Source of the DNA: a virus
Taxonomy: Duplodnaviria; Caudoviricetes
Reading direction: 5' to 3' (one strand)
IMG/VR virus record: IMGVR_UViG_3300021399_000143
Coordinates: 11,743 to 75,742 of that record
DNA length: 64,000 nucleotides
The position numbers and the translations under genes are program-made. The notes under the pieces were generated by a model that searched no databases, was not told where the DNA came from, and was given only the letters and a program-made list of their open reading frames with translations. Shown here one piece after another: positions 31,108-41,743 of this stretch (position 1 is the first letter of the stretch; each line of letters starts with the position of its first letter).

Positions 31108-32037
31108 ATGTTGATGAAGAAAGTATTATTGATAGTCGACGGATCATTCTTGTCGTTTGTCGTGAATTTCAGGGCATTCAAGTCCTGGCAGGAGCAATAT
31201 CAGGGCATGGACACCTGTACAATCCGCCCACCAGACGAGTCTGACCAGGACAATCTCCCTGACCTTGTGAATGAGAGCCAGTGGTTCAAGAAGTGCTTGT
31301 ACAACGCAGCAGTGGACAAGCTCAATGGTCTCGCCAACATCATAGAGAACACAACGGGAATGCTATATCCCCAAAGCTCGTTCATAGACACTGTCATAGC
31401 GAAAGATTCAAAGCTCACAAAGTCCTTCAGATATGCACTCTATCCGGAATACAAGCTGACAAGGAAACTCAATAGGGCGAAGAGAGGACAATACAAGATT
31501 GGACCAGTGTTCGACGAACTGTACGCAAACGTGTTTCCTTCCATCTTTGGCGAGAGAATGGTTCAATTGGCAGTTGATGGGGCAGAGGGAGATGACGTTA
31601 TCGCATCGTTAGCGAGAAGTCCAAGAGTTGCTCAAGACTACGAGAAGATAATCTTGATTTCCTCAGACAGAGACTTCCTCCAGCTTCAGATTGACAGGCC
31701 TGTGACCCAATACGATGCCAAGGGGGAAATGGTTCTCCCAAGGTTGAAGCACGGAAACGAAATCATTGAACTTACGCCACAGCAAGCGTTGATGATAAAG
31801 ATTATCTCCGGTGACAGTTCTGACAACATCAAGCCCATCAAGCCAAAGGTGGGGGAGATAAGGGCATACAAATACATCACCGAGAAGACTGACGAGTTCA
31901 AGAAGATGCTCAAGGAGGAACCTGAGACAGCTCAACATCTGATTCTCAACTCCAAGTTGATTGACTTCAAGAACATCCCAGAGGAATTGTCCCAAAAGGT
32001 TGTGGATGAGTTCTACAACCTTAGAAATTGGGATTAA
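31108..32037 (+). CDS. rnh: RNase H / 5'-3' exonuclease (T4 rnh family)
   Basis: LIVDGS, YPEYK, AEGDDVIA, SSDRDFLQL, GDSSDNI; no TAG; TTTACT-18-TATAAT upstream. Confidence 0.9.
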   Translation: MLMKKVLLIVDGSFLSFVVNFRAFKSWQEQYQGMDTCTIRPPDESDQDNLPDLVNESQWFKKCLYNAAVDKLNGLANIIENTTGMLYPQSSFIDTVIAKDSKLTKSFRYALYPEYKLTRKLNRAKRGQYKIGPVFDELYANVFPSIFGERMVQLAVDGAEGDDVIASLARSPRVAQDYEKIILISSDRDFLQLQIDRPVTQYDAKGEMVLPRLKHGNEIIELTPQQALMIKIISGDSSDNIKPIKPKVGEIRAYKYITEKTDEFKKMLKEEPETAQHLILNSKLIDFKNIPEELSQKVVDEFYNLRNWD

Positions 32038-32855
32038 TTTTGACGCGCTATCTTTTGGACAACGAAACCATAGAACGCATGGTACTGTGGCATGTTGTCG
32101 TGTGACATAGATTTGGGTTTCCCTTCCTCTGAATCATTTCGTCCAAAATTATCAACTGTGAACTTGTCTATCGTTCCATCAAGCTCATTCTTGGACAAGC
32201 CAACCTCCAAAGAGTCGTTGTAGAACATATCATAGACCGTGTTGCCCTTCGTGTAATACACGCCACTTGCTTCCTATCCAATTGTGGTTGGAAAATCAGA
32301 ACCTGTCGTGACAGATGAATGATGCATATGGGGTGGAATGTTCTCCTTGTTGAGTCTTACCTCCTCATTGTCAGGTTTCTATGGAATAAGTTTGTTCTCC
32401 TCACTGAACTTCCCTGACTTCAAGTCAAGCATACCCCTCAACATGCAATTTGGAATCGCAAGCAACTGATATTCAGAACCAATGTCCCATTTCTATTGAA
32501 CATAGTCCTATGGAGAACTACCACTTGGAACTTTATCTGCCTCTATCAAAATCACCTGACCATCAACTGGCATAAACTTTGGCTTGTATGAAGATGGTGG
32601 CAACGCATCCTTCATTGCCTTTAGCTTTGCATACCTGTCGTTCAACATTCCACCATATGCGTTGTATTTGTTGTATGTGAGGTATTTTGACATATCCAGG
32701 TACTTCCTTAACAAATTGTCCTCTGCCAACGCAACCAACGTGTCATATTTCAATTGCTTGGAATCCAACTGGTCTCTCACTTCGTCAGAATCCGAAACCA
32801 ACATGCACATATTGGTCATATCCAATGAAACGTCTCTTGGGGTATTCTCTTCCAT
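32034..32855 (-). CDS. recoded tail-collar/baseplate-type structural protein, 273 aa
   Basis: 4 TAGs; LNKENIPPHMH and SHDNMPQY motifs typical of tail-collar domain proteins. Confidence 0.65.
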
Positions 32856-32861
32856 ATGTCG

Positions 32862-32872
32862 TATTTACCATT
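32862..32872 (-). promoter_or_regulatory. putative late promoter AATGGTAAATA
   Basis: exact 11-mer 6 nt upstream of ATG 32855. Confidence 0.75.
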
Positions 32873-32889
32873 GTTGCTCAAATTGAAAA

Positions 32890-32952
32890 GTAAATAGGAT
32901 TTGCAGAGAAATGCGATAAGTATCAGAGTTTGGCAGCAGATATTTGTAAATA
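32890..32952 (+). promoter_or_regulatory. two tandem putative late promoters (GTAAATA at 32890 and 32946)
   Basis: upstream of the tail tube gene. Confidence 0.65.
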
Positions 32953-33003
32953 AGTAACGAAAGAACAACCCAGGCTAAAACAGCTTAACGAGGTACAAAA
33001 GAC

Positions 33004-33741
33004 ATGGCAAATTACAACTTGAGTCAAGCAATTGGAATGTTCAACGAGGATCAGGTGCGCACATAGCACATGTACGCAATCGAGTTCTTCAGTGGAATAA
33101 AGACGATTGACGACAGATTGATGAGAATGCAGGTATATGGCAACTCCTTCACGCTTCCAGAAAGGACGGTGAACTTTGAGGATTTGCAGTATAGGGCGTA
33201 CAAGATTCCAATTCCCACGACGATTGACATGGCGCAGGATCACAGCGTCACAGTATATGCTGACGTTCGTGGCGACTTGCGCAAGGCGATGCTTGACTGG
33301 CAGGCAGCTTGCATCAACCCAGCCATCACTCAGGGTTCGTTCTTCGAGTCCAACAGGCGTCCAACGAGGATTGGCAACGGCGACGACAACCAGCCATACA
33401 TCAAGATTGACTTGCTTGCTCCTGACTTTCAGACGCCAGTTGAGACGACGATGATTTACGGCACGAGGGTGACGAAGGTCGGTGGCTTGGAACTCTCCAA
33501 CACTGCTGGTGGCATTTCCACCTTCTCCGTTGACTTCAAGAGCGTATATTGGGAGCAGCTTGCTGGCGCATCTGCACCATACAACTCCGACGCGAACAGG
33601 TACTTCAACCTCGGCGCACCCGGAAGCGAATGGAGTGGAACAGCAACAGTAGACACAGTTGCTGGTGGTTCAAGCCCAACTCCTGGTGGTTCTCCAGATT
33701 GGACGAATGCTCAGGGTGGTTCTGGTGGCTATGTAAGCTAA
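33004..33741 (+). CDS. gp19: tail tube protein, gp19-like
   Basis: true start 33004, TAG at codon 21; FTLPERTV, YKIPIPT, WQAACIN, FSVDFKSVYWE tube-fold pattern. Confidence 0.75.
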
Positions 33742-33771
33742 TTCTGACATTGGTCTTGCATGAGACGACAA

Positions 33772-33809
33772 TGGGGGGATGGGGACAAGTCATGAACCCC
33801 ATCTCCCCA
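33772..33809 (+). other. 13-bp GC-rich RNA hairpin between tube gene and next gene
   Basis: TGGGGGGATGGGG / CCCCATCTCCCCA with one G-U pair; no U-tract. Confidence 0.6.
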
Positions 33810-33832
33810 AAGCATTGATAGGGAGATGATTG

Positions 33833-35089
33833 ATGGGCGTAAGTCTATACACATTGAGAGACAGGGGAGCCGAGAAGGACTATCCAAGTTGGGTGGATGG
33901 TGCGCCAAACCTTCAGACATATCTTACTGCCATAAACAAGTCCCAGCCCATAATCCAATGCCAATACGAAATTGTATGGAGTCGTTGGCCGAGGGCGAAG
34001 TTCTTCTCCAAGAACATCACGATCCCAGGAGTGTCTGTCAATACGCTTGAACTCAACCACGCTGGATTCACAATCAAGATACCAACCCACGTCACCTACG
34101 AAACGACAGACATATCCTTCAACATCATAGCCGACAAAGAAGGTTTCCACTACTACGATCTTCGGAACATGGTTCTTCAAACTGGCCATCCATTGGTGGC
34201 AGGAGACCCAAAATCCACCATAGGCAACCAATATGGAATCAGCACAGACGAGGACACAATTGAAGTCAGATTGAGGAACAGACCCAGCGATGGAACACAC
34301 CACCATTGGATATTCCACAACTTCAAGCCAACTGGCATAGGAGACGTTGAGTTGAGCCAGGACAGTGGCTCTTTCGTGGAGTTTGAGTTGAAGGGGACTT
34401 TCACCCACATCTCCTACGATTGCGGAAAGGTGTTGCCACCAGAAGAACCACCTGCTCCAGCTCCACAGGATGTTCCACCAGAAGAACAACCACCTCCAGA
34501 AGATGAAGAGGAAGAGAATGATGGGGAAATGCCACCAGACGAGCCAGAAGAACTAAATGAGCCAGAGGACTTGAGACCACCTCCTGAACCAGAACCACCA
34601 CCTGAACCAAAAACGACATTTACAGCAATAATGTCTGGTTCGGATAATCTTGAATCCGACGATGATTCTGAATCATAGACGAGTTCATGTTCTGAAGTTA
34701 AAATGCAAGATCCAGTTTCTGAACAAGATGTCGAAGCAGCAAAGCAATGCAATAGTGAACTTACAGAAGCAAGTGATGAACTGCAACAAGAATTGGATAG
34801 AATCAAATAGATGCCCGCTGATCCAAACTATGAACCGGAGCATGTATAGGATGAACTTTACAACAGTGTTCATACGCCAAACGCAAACCAGCAAGATGTT
34901 CCTGAAGGAAGCAGTGAAGAATATAAAGGGGATAAAGTAACGGCATCGTTCGATACTGATGTCACTATAAAGTCTCCAGAGTAGAAGGCTGCATATGATG
35001 CCGCAGTCGCCAAATACAACCAAAAGACACAAGCATCAATGAACAAGTACAAAAATGCCAGACAATAGAACCAGCAAAGTGGGAAATAA
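33833..35089 (+). CDS. recoded tail tube initiator-like (gp54-type) protein with Pro/Glu-rich tail, 418 aa
   Basis: NITIPGVSV, IKIPTHVTY, FHNFKPTGIGDVELS, EFELKGTF; 5 TAGs; TAA stop. Confidence 0.7.
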
Positions 35090-35101
35090 CGGAGCATTGC
35101 C

Positions 35102-35413
35102 ATGAACAAAGACGAAGAAAGAAAAAGCGACATCAAGAGGATGAAACTTCTTGCCAAGGCTATACGTTTCAACCATGAAAAGACTGGGAAACTCAATGTC
35201 ATGGTCGATCCAGACTACGAGATTGAGAACTACCAAACTGGCATGACCCAACTCACCCTTCCCCATAGATTTGGCATGTACAAGACCCCAACCAAGGATG
35301 TTCCAAAGACAACTGAGATTGAACTTGAAGATCCATAGGACAACTTCATTGATTCGACATCCTCAAGGTTGGCAAAGAACCCCAACCACAAGGTCAGGGG
35401 CATATTCGGTTGA
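35102..35413 (+). CDS. hypothetical late protein, 103 aa
   Basis: 1 TAG (35336), TGA stop. Confidence 0.6.
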
Positions 35414-35438
35414 TTCTGATTCCAGATTTTCGTATAAT
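35410..35438 (+). promoter_or_regulatory. sigma70-like promoter of gp55
   Basis: TTGATT-17-TATAAT. Confidence 0.7.
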
Positions 35439-35462
35439 TAAGGCATAGGCGTGTAAAGGGCG

Positions 35463-35473
35463 TATTTACCATA
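35463..35473 (-). promoter_or_regulatory. antisense late-promoter-like motif TATGGTAAATA
   Basis: in the gp55 leader, facing the gp55 promoter. Confidence 0.5.
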
Positions 35474-35527
35474 ACTTCAGCCAAAGGACATGGTGAAACT
35501 CCCAATAGCACAAAGGAAACATAAACC

Positions 35528-36178
35528 ATGCCAAGAAGGAAAAGCGAATCACTGGAGGAATTCCAGAAGAAGAACCTGGAGAAATCCAGATTGAGACAAA
35601 AATAGAGAGCAGAGTAGGAGAAGCTCCATCCACGCCCCAAGCGCAAGCCATTCGTAAACAACTCTGACTTGTTGAACGAATTGAAGAAGTGGCGGGATTC
35701 CAGCAAAGACCCCGATAAGAGACAGCCAAGCGAGTATCTTGGGAAGATGATATTGGACATCGCCACGCATTACATGGGACACCCAGACTACGTGCGATAC
35801 TCCAAGGAAATCAAGGAGGACATCATAGGGCAGTCTTGCATCAGATGCATCAACGCATTGCCAAGATACAACTTCAGCTTCACAAATCCATTTGCGTACT
35901 TCACAACAATCTGTTGGTCGTGCGCAATGACATACTTGAAGGACTACTACAAGGACTTGAACTTCAAGCGACAATTGGTGAAGGAGAACTTGGAACGTGC
36001 GATAGATGAACTTCCATCAATAAACATAGACAAGTCCTACATGAACTTCCTGAAGACGATGATTGGCTCAGAGCAAATCACGGAGGCGGACGCCAAGTTC
36101 CTCAAGAGGCAGAAAGATTCAATCATCTCTGAGATAAGAAGCGAGAAAGCCAACAAGGATAGAGACTACGATGTCTGA
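35528..36178 (+). CDS. gp55: late transcription sigma factor, T4 gp55-like, 216 aa
   Basis: FVNNSDLLNELKKW, YLGKMILDIA, KEDII, NPFAYFTTICW; start 35528 with AAAGGAAA SD; TAGs at codons 26 and 30. Confidence 0.88.
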
Positions 36179-36911
36179 ACAGATAAACAAGGATAGACTC
36201 AACCAACTCCTTGGAATCCAAGAGGGTCAGAGTTTCGAGGACTACATGAACGATGGGACATCCACAGACGAAACCCAATCGGTCATAGACCAAACTGCGA
36301 AACTCATAGAGGAAACCAAGGAGAAGGTGGATGAGATAGAGGGTCAGTTCCAGCACAACATCCAAGTCATAGACGACGCAAAGAACCAGATTCAGACGAC
36401 GATGAAGGATGGAGATGGCTCTGCAAGCGTTCGCATAGACAACATGGTGAACGTGGAAAGCGCGTTCAAGTCCATTGAGGACTTGGTGGACACCACGAAG
36501 CAAATGATTGGAACTGTCTATTCAATCATCTCAAGTTGCGATGTGTTGGATTCTGAAACTGTCTCAGCTGCTGCTTCCCTAATAACATCAACCAAGCAAC
36601 TAATCGCTGAATACCTTGGGTTGTACAAGCAAAGGGTCAAGTTCTTCGACAACGTGAAGATGGAGACCTTGAAGCAACAACATAGGTTGGAGTTGATGGA
36701 GAGGAAATACCAATTGGACGAGGAAAAATGGAACAGGCAGAATACCAAGCCAACAGAGGCAGAGGACATCACTGGCAAGGGTGGTGAAGTTCCACCTGGG
36801 ATGGTTGAGGCTGGTTCAATTGACATGCTCAAGCTCATTCAAGAGATGGATGACGAGGATGATGATACAGAAGAAGAGAACGATGGAGAATCCAATTGTT
36901 CTGACGATTGA
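36171..36911 (+). CDS. possible terminase small subunit (gp16-like)
   Basis: helical core IEDLV..IISSC..ETVSAAASLI and C-terminal GSIDMLKLI resemble the gp16 layout. Confidence 0.45.
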   Translation: MSEQINKDRLNQLLGIQEGQSFEDYMNDGTSTDETQSVIDQTAKLIEETKEKVDEIEGQFQHNIQVIDDAKNQIQTTMKDGDGSASVRIDNMVNVESAFKSIEDLVDTTKQMIGTVYSIISSCDVLDSETVSAAASLITSTKQLIAEYLGLYKQRVKFFDNVKMETLKQQHRLELMERKYQLDEEKWNRQNTKPTEAEDITGKGGEVPPGMVEAGSIDMLKLIQEMDDEDDDTEEENDGESNCSDD

Positions 36912-37018
36912 TGACTTTACTGACTTCAACTTCAAACGTATAATATAACAAGAACAACAGTGGATATGTGCGTGGCATAGACAACACGCAGCATACACGA
37001 AACAAAGGACAAAGACAA

Positions 37019-37624
37019 ATGAAAGACATGCACATAGATGGATTCGCCACGGCGTTGGCTGCGTTCGACGCTGCAATGGACGAGTTTGCAAGGAACATCA
37101 ACCGTTCATATGGTTTGGCATCAAGAGGAGAGCCATTGGAGGAAGGAAAGCACTACACGATTTCCCGTGTATATCCCACATCCAATGCTTGTGGTTGCGG
37201 GGACAGCTGCTCCTGTGGTGGAAATAAGAACAAGCCAAAGGTTCGTTTCGACGACATCCTTGACGACGTTCAGCAGGTTATCTTCAACGATCCTGCCACA
37301 ATCGTAACCTTCTCTGATGGGTCAAAGGTTTGCGTCAAGGCTTGCGCAAAGGACACCTTCAACAAGGAGACTGGACTTATCTACGCTCTCATCAAAAGGC
37401 TCTACGCCAACGACGTTGAGGAAAAGACGGGTTATCTGAGGTCTTCTGGGCTTGGTGAGAAGATTTCTCGCATTCTCAAGAATGCCACCGATCAGAAGGA
37501 GGCAGAGCGTGAGAGACGCAGGAAGCATAAGCAGGCGAAAAAGGAATCTGCGAAAAATGCTGACGTGGCAAACGAGGCATCTGAGTCAGCCGATGATGAG
37601 TCAAAGGCAAATCCAATGGAATGA
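37019..37624 (+). CDS. conserved phage hypothetical protein
   Basis: VIFNDPATIV..DGSK..DTFNKETGL motif. Confidence 0.7.
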   Translation: MKDMHIDGFATALAAFDAAMDEFARNINRSYGLASRGEPLEEGKHYTISRVYPTSNACGCGDSCSCGGNKNKPKVRFDDILDDVQQVIFNDPATIVTFSDGSKVCVKACAKDTFNKETGLIYALIKRLYANDVEEKTGYLRSSGLGEKISRILKNATDQKEAERERRRKHKQAKKESAKNADVANEASESADDESKANPME

Positions 37625-37651
37625 TTACATTGACGATTCACACGTCATTCA

Positions 37652-37680
37652 AGAGACCGAGGTCAAACCTCGGTCTTTTT
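37652..37680 (+). terminator. intrinsic terminator between convergent genes
   Basis: AGACCGAGG-TCAAA-CCTCGGTCT then TTTT. Confidence 0.75.
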
Positions 37681-37681
37681 A

Positions 37682-39322
37682 TTATCCTATCAGCTTGAAA
37701 TGAACTTCCCATTTTGATGATCCATAAAATAAATCATCCGAATTGCTTAACCTATATTCTCCACCGCAGGCTATTGTCTTTGATGGAATTCCAGGCTACT
37801 GACCATAAGTCTACCATTTATATTGATATTCAAGACCAGTATTGGGGTTTCTCTATTTCAAGTTCATGCTTGATATTTGAGGAAGATATACTGGATGGTC
37901 AATAAAGCCACCTCGATTCAAGAATCTAAATGCGCTATATTCGTCATTATTATAAACGTTTATTCCATCTCGCCAAAAATGTTTGAGAAGTGGACTGTTC
38001 CCTGGATTGTTTGGATCGATTCTTTGGAATTGATCTGAATACGACATAACCAACAAATCATCTTTGAATGCCATATTGCTATCACCATCAATAAACTCTG
38101 TTGGAACTTCCAATGCTATTCTGCACATTGATTCATGTGGAGCACCTACATGGAAATCAGATGGCACTGTCCAAGCTACTCCACCACCTTCAGAATATGT
38201 AATGCTCTCAGAACTTCCGCGAGTGATTGTGTTGACCTTATTCAACCACGGTGCTGTTCCTTCATTTTTTACAGCTTTTATGTCTGTTGATTTAGTGCTA
38301 AGACCCCCATATAATCCCCATGTGAAATTGACACCATAATAATAAGACAATTGCCTCAACCAATTTGTTATTGTTGCGCAGAATTTTTTTCTGCCACTAT
38401 CATCTTTTGTATAACCATAATCCTTATCTGGGAAATCCAATGGAAATGTCTTCCTGTCATTGTTCTATGACACACACTTGGCAAACCAAGAACTATACCA
38501 TATTCCCTTATTCTTTCCAGTTGGCTTATTTGGATCTGACAAATATTCCACAAAGTTGAGCGTATCTTTGGTAAATATGCTTTCATCAGTAAGGAGAACA
38601 AATGTAGCCGCAGTAATGTCGCAATTTTTTCCCGGGGAAGTATGACCCTATCCATAGAACATACGTTGTATGATATCGGCAATGGAATAGTATAGATTCG
38701 TAATCATAGATTCTGAAGATGTGTTCTTTTTTATCTTATCTATGAATGGAGAAACTGTATTCCATATTTCAGTAAGAGATGCCTACCCAAAATGAATAGT
38801 GCCAAATACAGAGTCTGCAACGGACATGCTTGAAAGATTTGCCGCCGAGAATACATACATCTTGGAATCAGCAGTCTTTTTGTCAACCATAATGCAATTA
38901 TAATCGTATATCTCACTGGTGATTGCCTTTTTCGCTTCGGTATAATCACCTTCTTTTTCTTTCATCGTACCTGACGTGTCCAATACATATATAGTGGCAA
39001 AATCAGGAACTATTTTGTCCCTCCAAATTTGCCAATAGAACGTCTAATCCCCCTATACCATAAACCAATTCCCTAACTCCCCCTTTGACACATACTTTGG
39101 CTCAACACTCCAATTGTCTTCAGTGGTTTCCCTGATGGAAAATGCATAATCTGTACGACCATAAACATTGTTTATGTAATTCTTCACGTCCTATGGAAAT
39201 ACTGCCCAACAATAAAGTCTATTCTTGCTTTGGCATGAATAAACAGGAGAATTGTTCTCCAGAACAACAAATGTCAAGGTCTTGTCTTCAAGTCCGTGTG
39301 GGTTCAATCCATGTGGTATCAT
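37682..39322 (-). CDS. 546 aa recoded hypothetical late protein
   Basis: GGAG SD, 9 in-frame TAGs, no TAA/TGA until 37682. Confidence 0.7.
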
Positions 39323-39340
39323 TGTTGTTCTCCATGTAAA

Positions 39341-40441
39341 TCAATATACATAAGCAAGACTATATGTCAATGCTCTTATTTTCTATGATCCTAAATCATA
39401 CATATCGGCACGAAATACATACACATTGGTCTTCCTCGGCTCAACATACATTTGATCAGTCAATGGTACAATAGATTCAAACCAATCAAAGTCTGAGCCA
39501 ACACCCACTACAGGGGAATTAACATCAAGAGATGTACTACTAGTATTTTTTAAATGGAATTCCCATTCCACAACAGGGGCAGTTGCCTCATTCATCTATA
39601 CATATTTCTCATCAATGACAAACCTTGGTGTGATTTCTCCCCCACTTTGATGATGTCTAAATACAAACTATCTCCCATTTATGGGACCACCACTTGGAAG
39701 ATATGCACTATATCCATTTGTCGGAAGCTTGTTGAAATCCTGGTTTATATCTACTGTACCACCAGACTTCATGCAAATATCCTTGAATTCATTGAGTTTG
39801 ACTCCATTGAAATTAATCGTCAAATTATAATGTGGAAGCTCAACATCCAAACTTTCCTTATTGCCAGGAAGATTATATCCAAGAAGAGTTGCATCACGCA
39901 ATGTATGGAATGTGAGTTTGGATTCGACTCCACCACCCTTGACAGTAAGATTGAGCAATCTTCCGAAATTGTCGAATACATAGTTATGGGCATTGTTTCC
40001 ATCCCAAGGATTGATTATTTTGTATGCAACCTGTTTGTCTCCACAATCCTTGAATGTAACCTGCCAGGTGGCTTTTGTTGCCACTTGACTTGCTATTTTG
40101 TCAATCAACTCCAAAATTGAACGAAAATCTTCTGTTATGTTGTCTGTGTTGCCCTTGAAATAACCCTGCCAAGTAGTTATTTCATCAGTAGATGGAATAA
40201 AAGCTTGTAGGGAGGTAAGATCTGCATTTTCGGGTTGTTTAATGAGGGTAAATCTCGTCAATCCGGAACCACCTTGCCAAGCTGAGCATACTGTCTTTTG
40301 ACAATGCCTATGAAAAGGAATCTCAACTTCTGTTGGTTCAGAACCTTCTCCAGACCTCATAGAAACGTCCGTTGGCGCAGACAACTTGCGCACGACAGGA
40401 TTTCCATTGTCCATATATCCATCTGTAATAGTTATAGCCAT
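39341..40441 (-). CDS. 366 aa recoded late protein, probably structural
   Basis: 3 TAGs, TGA stop, late motif upstream. Confidence 0.7.
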
Positions 40442-40470
40442 GACTTTCCTCTATATAGTTTGTCTATTGC

Positions 40471-40501
40471 TATTTACCATTCCATCATTAAGTTGTATAA
40501 T
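40471..40501. promoter_or_regulatory. overlapping divergent promoters (late on minus, sigma70 on plus)
   Basis: AATGGTAAATA (minus) shares bases with TTTACC-17-TATAAT (plus). Confidence 0.7.
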
Positions 40502-40533
40502 ACGTTAGAACTCACAAACAAGGAGACACAACA

Positions 40534-41034
40534 ATGTCGATAAACGAAAGCAAACTAAATGAACTTGAAGCACGAATCAACAGCTTCGGGTGCATTCTCA
40601 AGGACATTCGGGATGAACTCAAGTCCCAGAATAAAAAGATTCAGAGCCCCGTTCAGGAGAAGGAATCAAAGCTTACCTTCACCGAGAGGATGAAGATTAA
40701 GGACATTTTGGAGGATTTCAACTTCCAGAAGGTTCATGACGTGATGGAGCATCTTGATTGGAAGTGGGTAATGACCAAGTATGGAGTGCCAACCATTGAT
40801 GAACTGAAAAGCGAAGCAAAGCGTCTTCTCATTGACGCTTGCGTTGAAAAGACTTGCGTTGCCACTGGTGGATTCCGTGCCGTATATGAGGCTGGAGAAA
40901 CTCCGGACGATCCAGAGCCTTACATCGGACTTGAGTTCATCATTGAGGAATGCGAGGGATTCGTGGATGACGATGACAACGCCGATGAGGATGACGATTC
41001 AGCACCATGGGCAAATGGTGGTGCAGCAGAATAA
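40534..41034 (+). CDS. hypothetical protein
   Basis: AAGGAG SD; FNFQKVHDVM..LDWKW, TGGFRA motif. Confidence 0.75.
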   Translation: MSINESKLNELEARINSFGCILKDIRDELKSQNKKIQSPVQEKESKLTFTERMKIKDILEDFNFQKVHDVMEHLDWKWVMTKYGVPTIDELKSEAKRLLIDACVEKTCVATGGFRAVYEAGETPDDPEPYIGLEFIIEECEGFVDDDDNADEDDDSAPWANGGAAE

Positions 41035-41058
41035 ACCGTCATTCGATTGATTCAATTT

Positions 41059-41084
41059 GGACACCTTTATTGGTGTCCTTTTTT
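41059..41084 (+). terminator. intrinsic terminator
   Basis: GGACACC-TTTATT-GGTGTCC-TTTTTT. Confidence 0.75.
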
Positions 41085-41130
41085 GTATAATTGAAACATA
41101 GAAACAATCGACAAACGGAGAAACATAGAC

Positions 41131-41661
41131 ATGAAGAAACTCATTATCACACTGTTTGCTTCCATTGGCATTATGTTCAGTGGTTGCACACCAAGCGAAG
41201 AAACGCTCGTGATGGCTGCCCAGACCGCAGGATCAATTGGCTTGCTCACCTGGTTCAGCATTGACGATCCTGACCCGGACGTAAAGGCAACGCTCAAGGA
41301 AGTCATCACCTACGTCGATGGAGCTGCGGTGAAGGTTGAGAAGGGTGAAACATACCTTGACAGCCTTCTTCCCTACATCCAGAAGTTCGTAGGAGAGCAG
41401 GAGAAGCTCACCGACTATCAGAAGCAGCTCATCAATGCTGGTTCCGTGGTTGTGTTGAATGGAATCGACACGTTCATGGCCGCAAATCCAAAGGTGAAGG
41501 AGAATGCTGACCTTGTCAACAAAGTGGTTGGCGCGTTCTGCAAGGGTGCGCTTTCGGTTCTCAACATGCCTGAGGATTGCGATGAGTGCAAGAGGGCGAA
41601 GGAAGTCTATCAGATGCGCAACATGAAGTGCAGAGGTGGAAAGTTCGTCCCTGCGAAGTGA
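41131..41661 (+). CDS. lipoprotein
   Basis: signal peptide II MKKLIITLFASIGIMFSG-C. Confidence 0.75.
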   Translation: MKKLIITLFASIGIMFSGCTPSEETLVMAAQTAGSIGLLTWFSIDDPDPDVKATLKEVITYVDGAAVKVEKGETYLDSLLPYIQKFVGEQEKLTDYQKQLINAGSVVVLNGIDTFMAANPKVKENADLVNKVVGAFCKGALSVLNMPEDCDECKRAKEVYQMRNMKCRGGKFVPAK

Positions 41662-41670
41662 AGAGACACA

Positions 41671-41730
41671 TAGCCAAACAAGGCTAATGGAACGATGGGT
41701 GGCCGAAAGGTCATCCATCGTTAGCTTTTG
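41671..41730 (+). terminator. double hairpin; 14-bp stem with GAAA tetraloop
   Basis: AACGATGGGTGGCC-GAAA-GGTCATCCATCGTT with G-U pairs, then AGCTTTT. Confidence 0.55.
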
Positions 41731-41743
41731 CTTCCAACCAAAG

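Noticed and set aside
33760-33830. Possible tRNA or suppressor tRNA (stem ending in CCCCA)
   Set aside because: Single hairpin only, no D, anticodon or T arms. No tRNA-CUA was seen in any intergenic gap; tRNAscan-SE on the full genome is needed.
38571-38577. GTAAATA inside a gene on the opposite strand
   Set aside because: Core 7-mer only, expected by chance in AT-rich DNA, lacks the AATK extension.
39322-39343. TGA read-through fusing the 366-aa and 546-aa genes (same frame)
   Set aside because: TGA ends most genes in the window, and a GGAG SD precedes ATG 39322; no other sign of TGA recoding.
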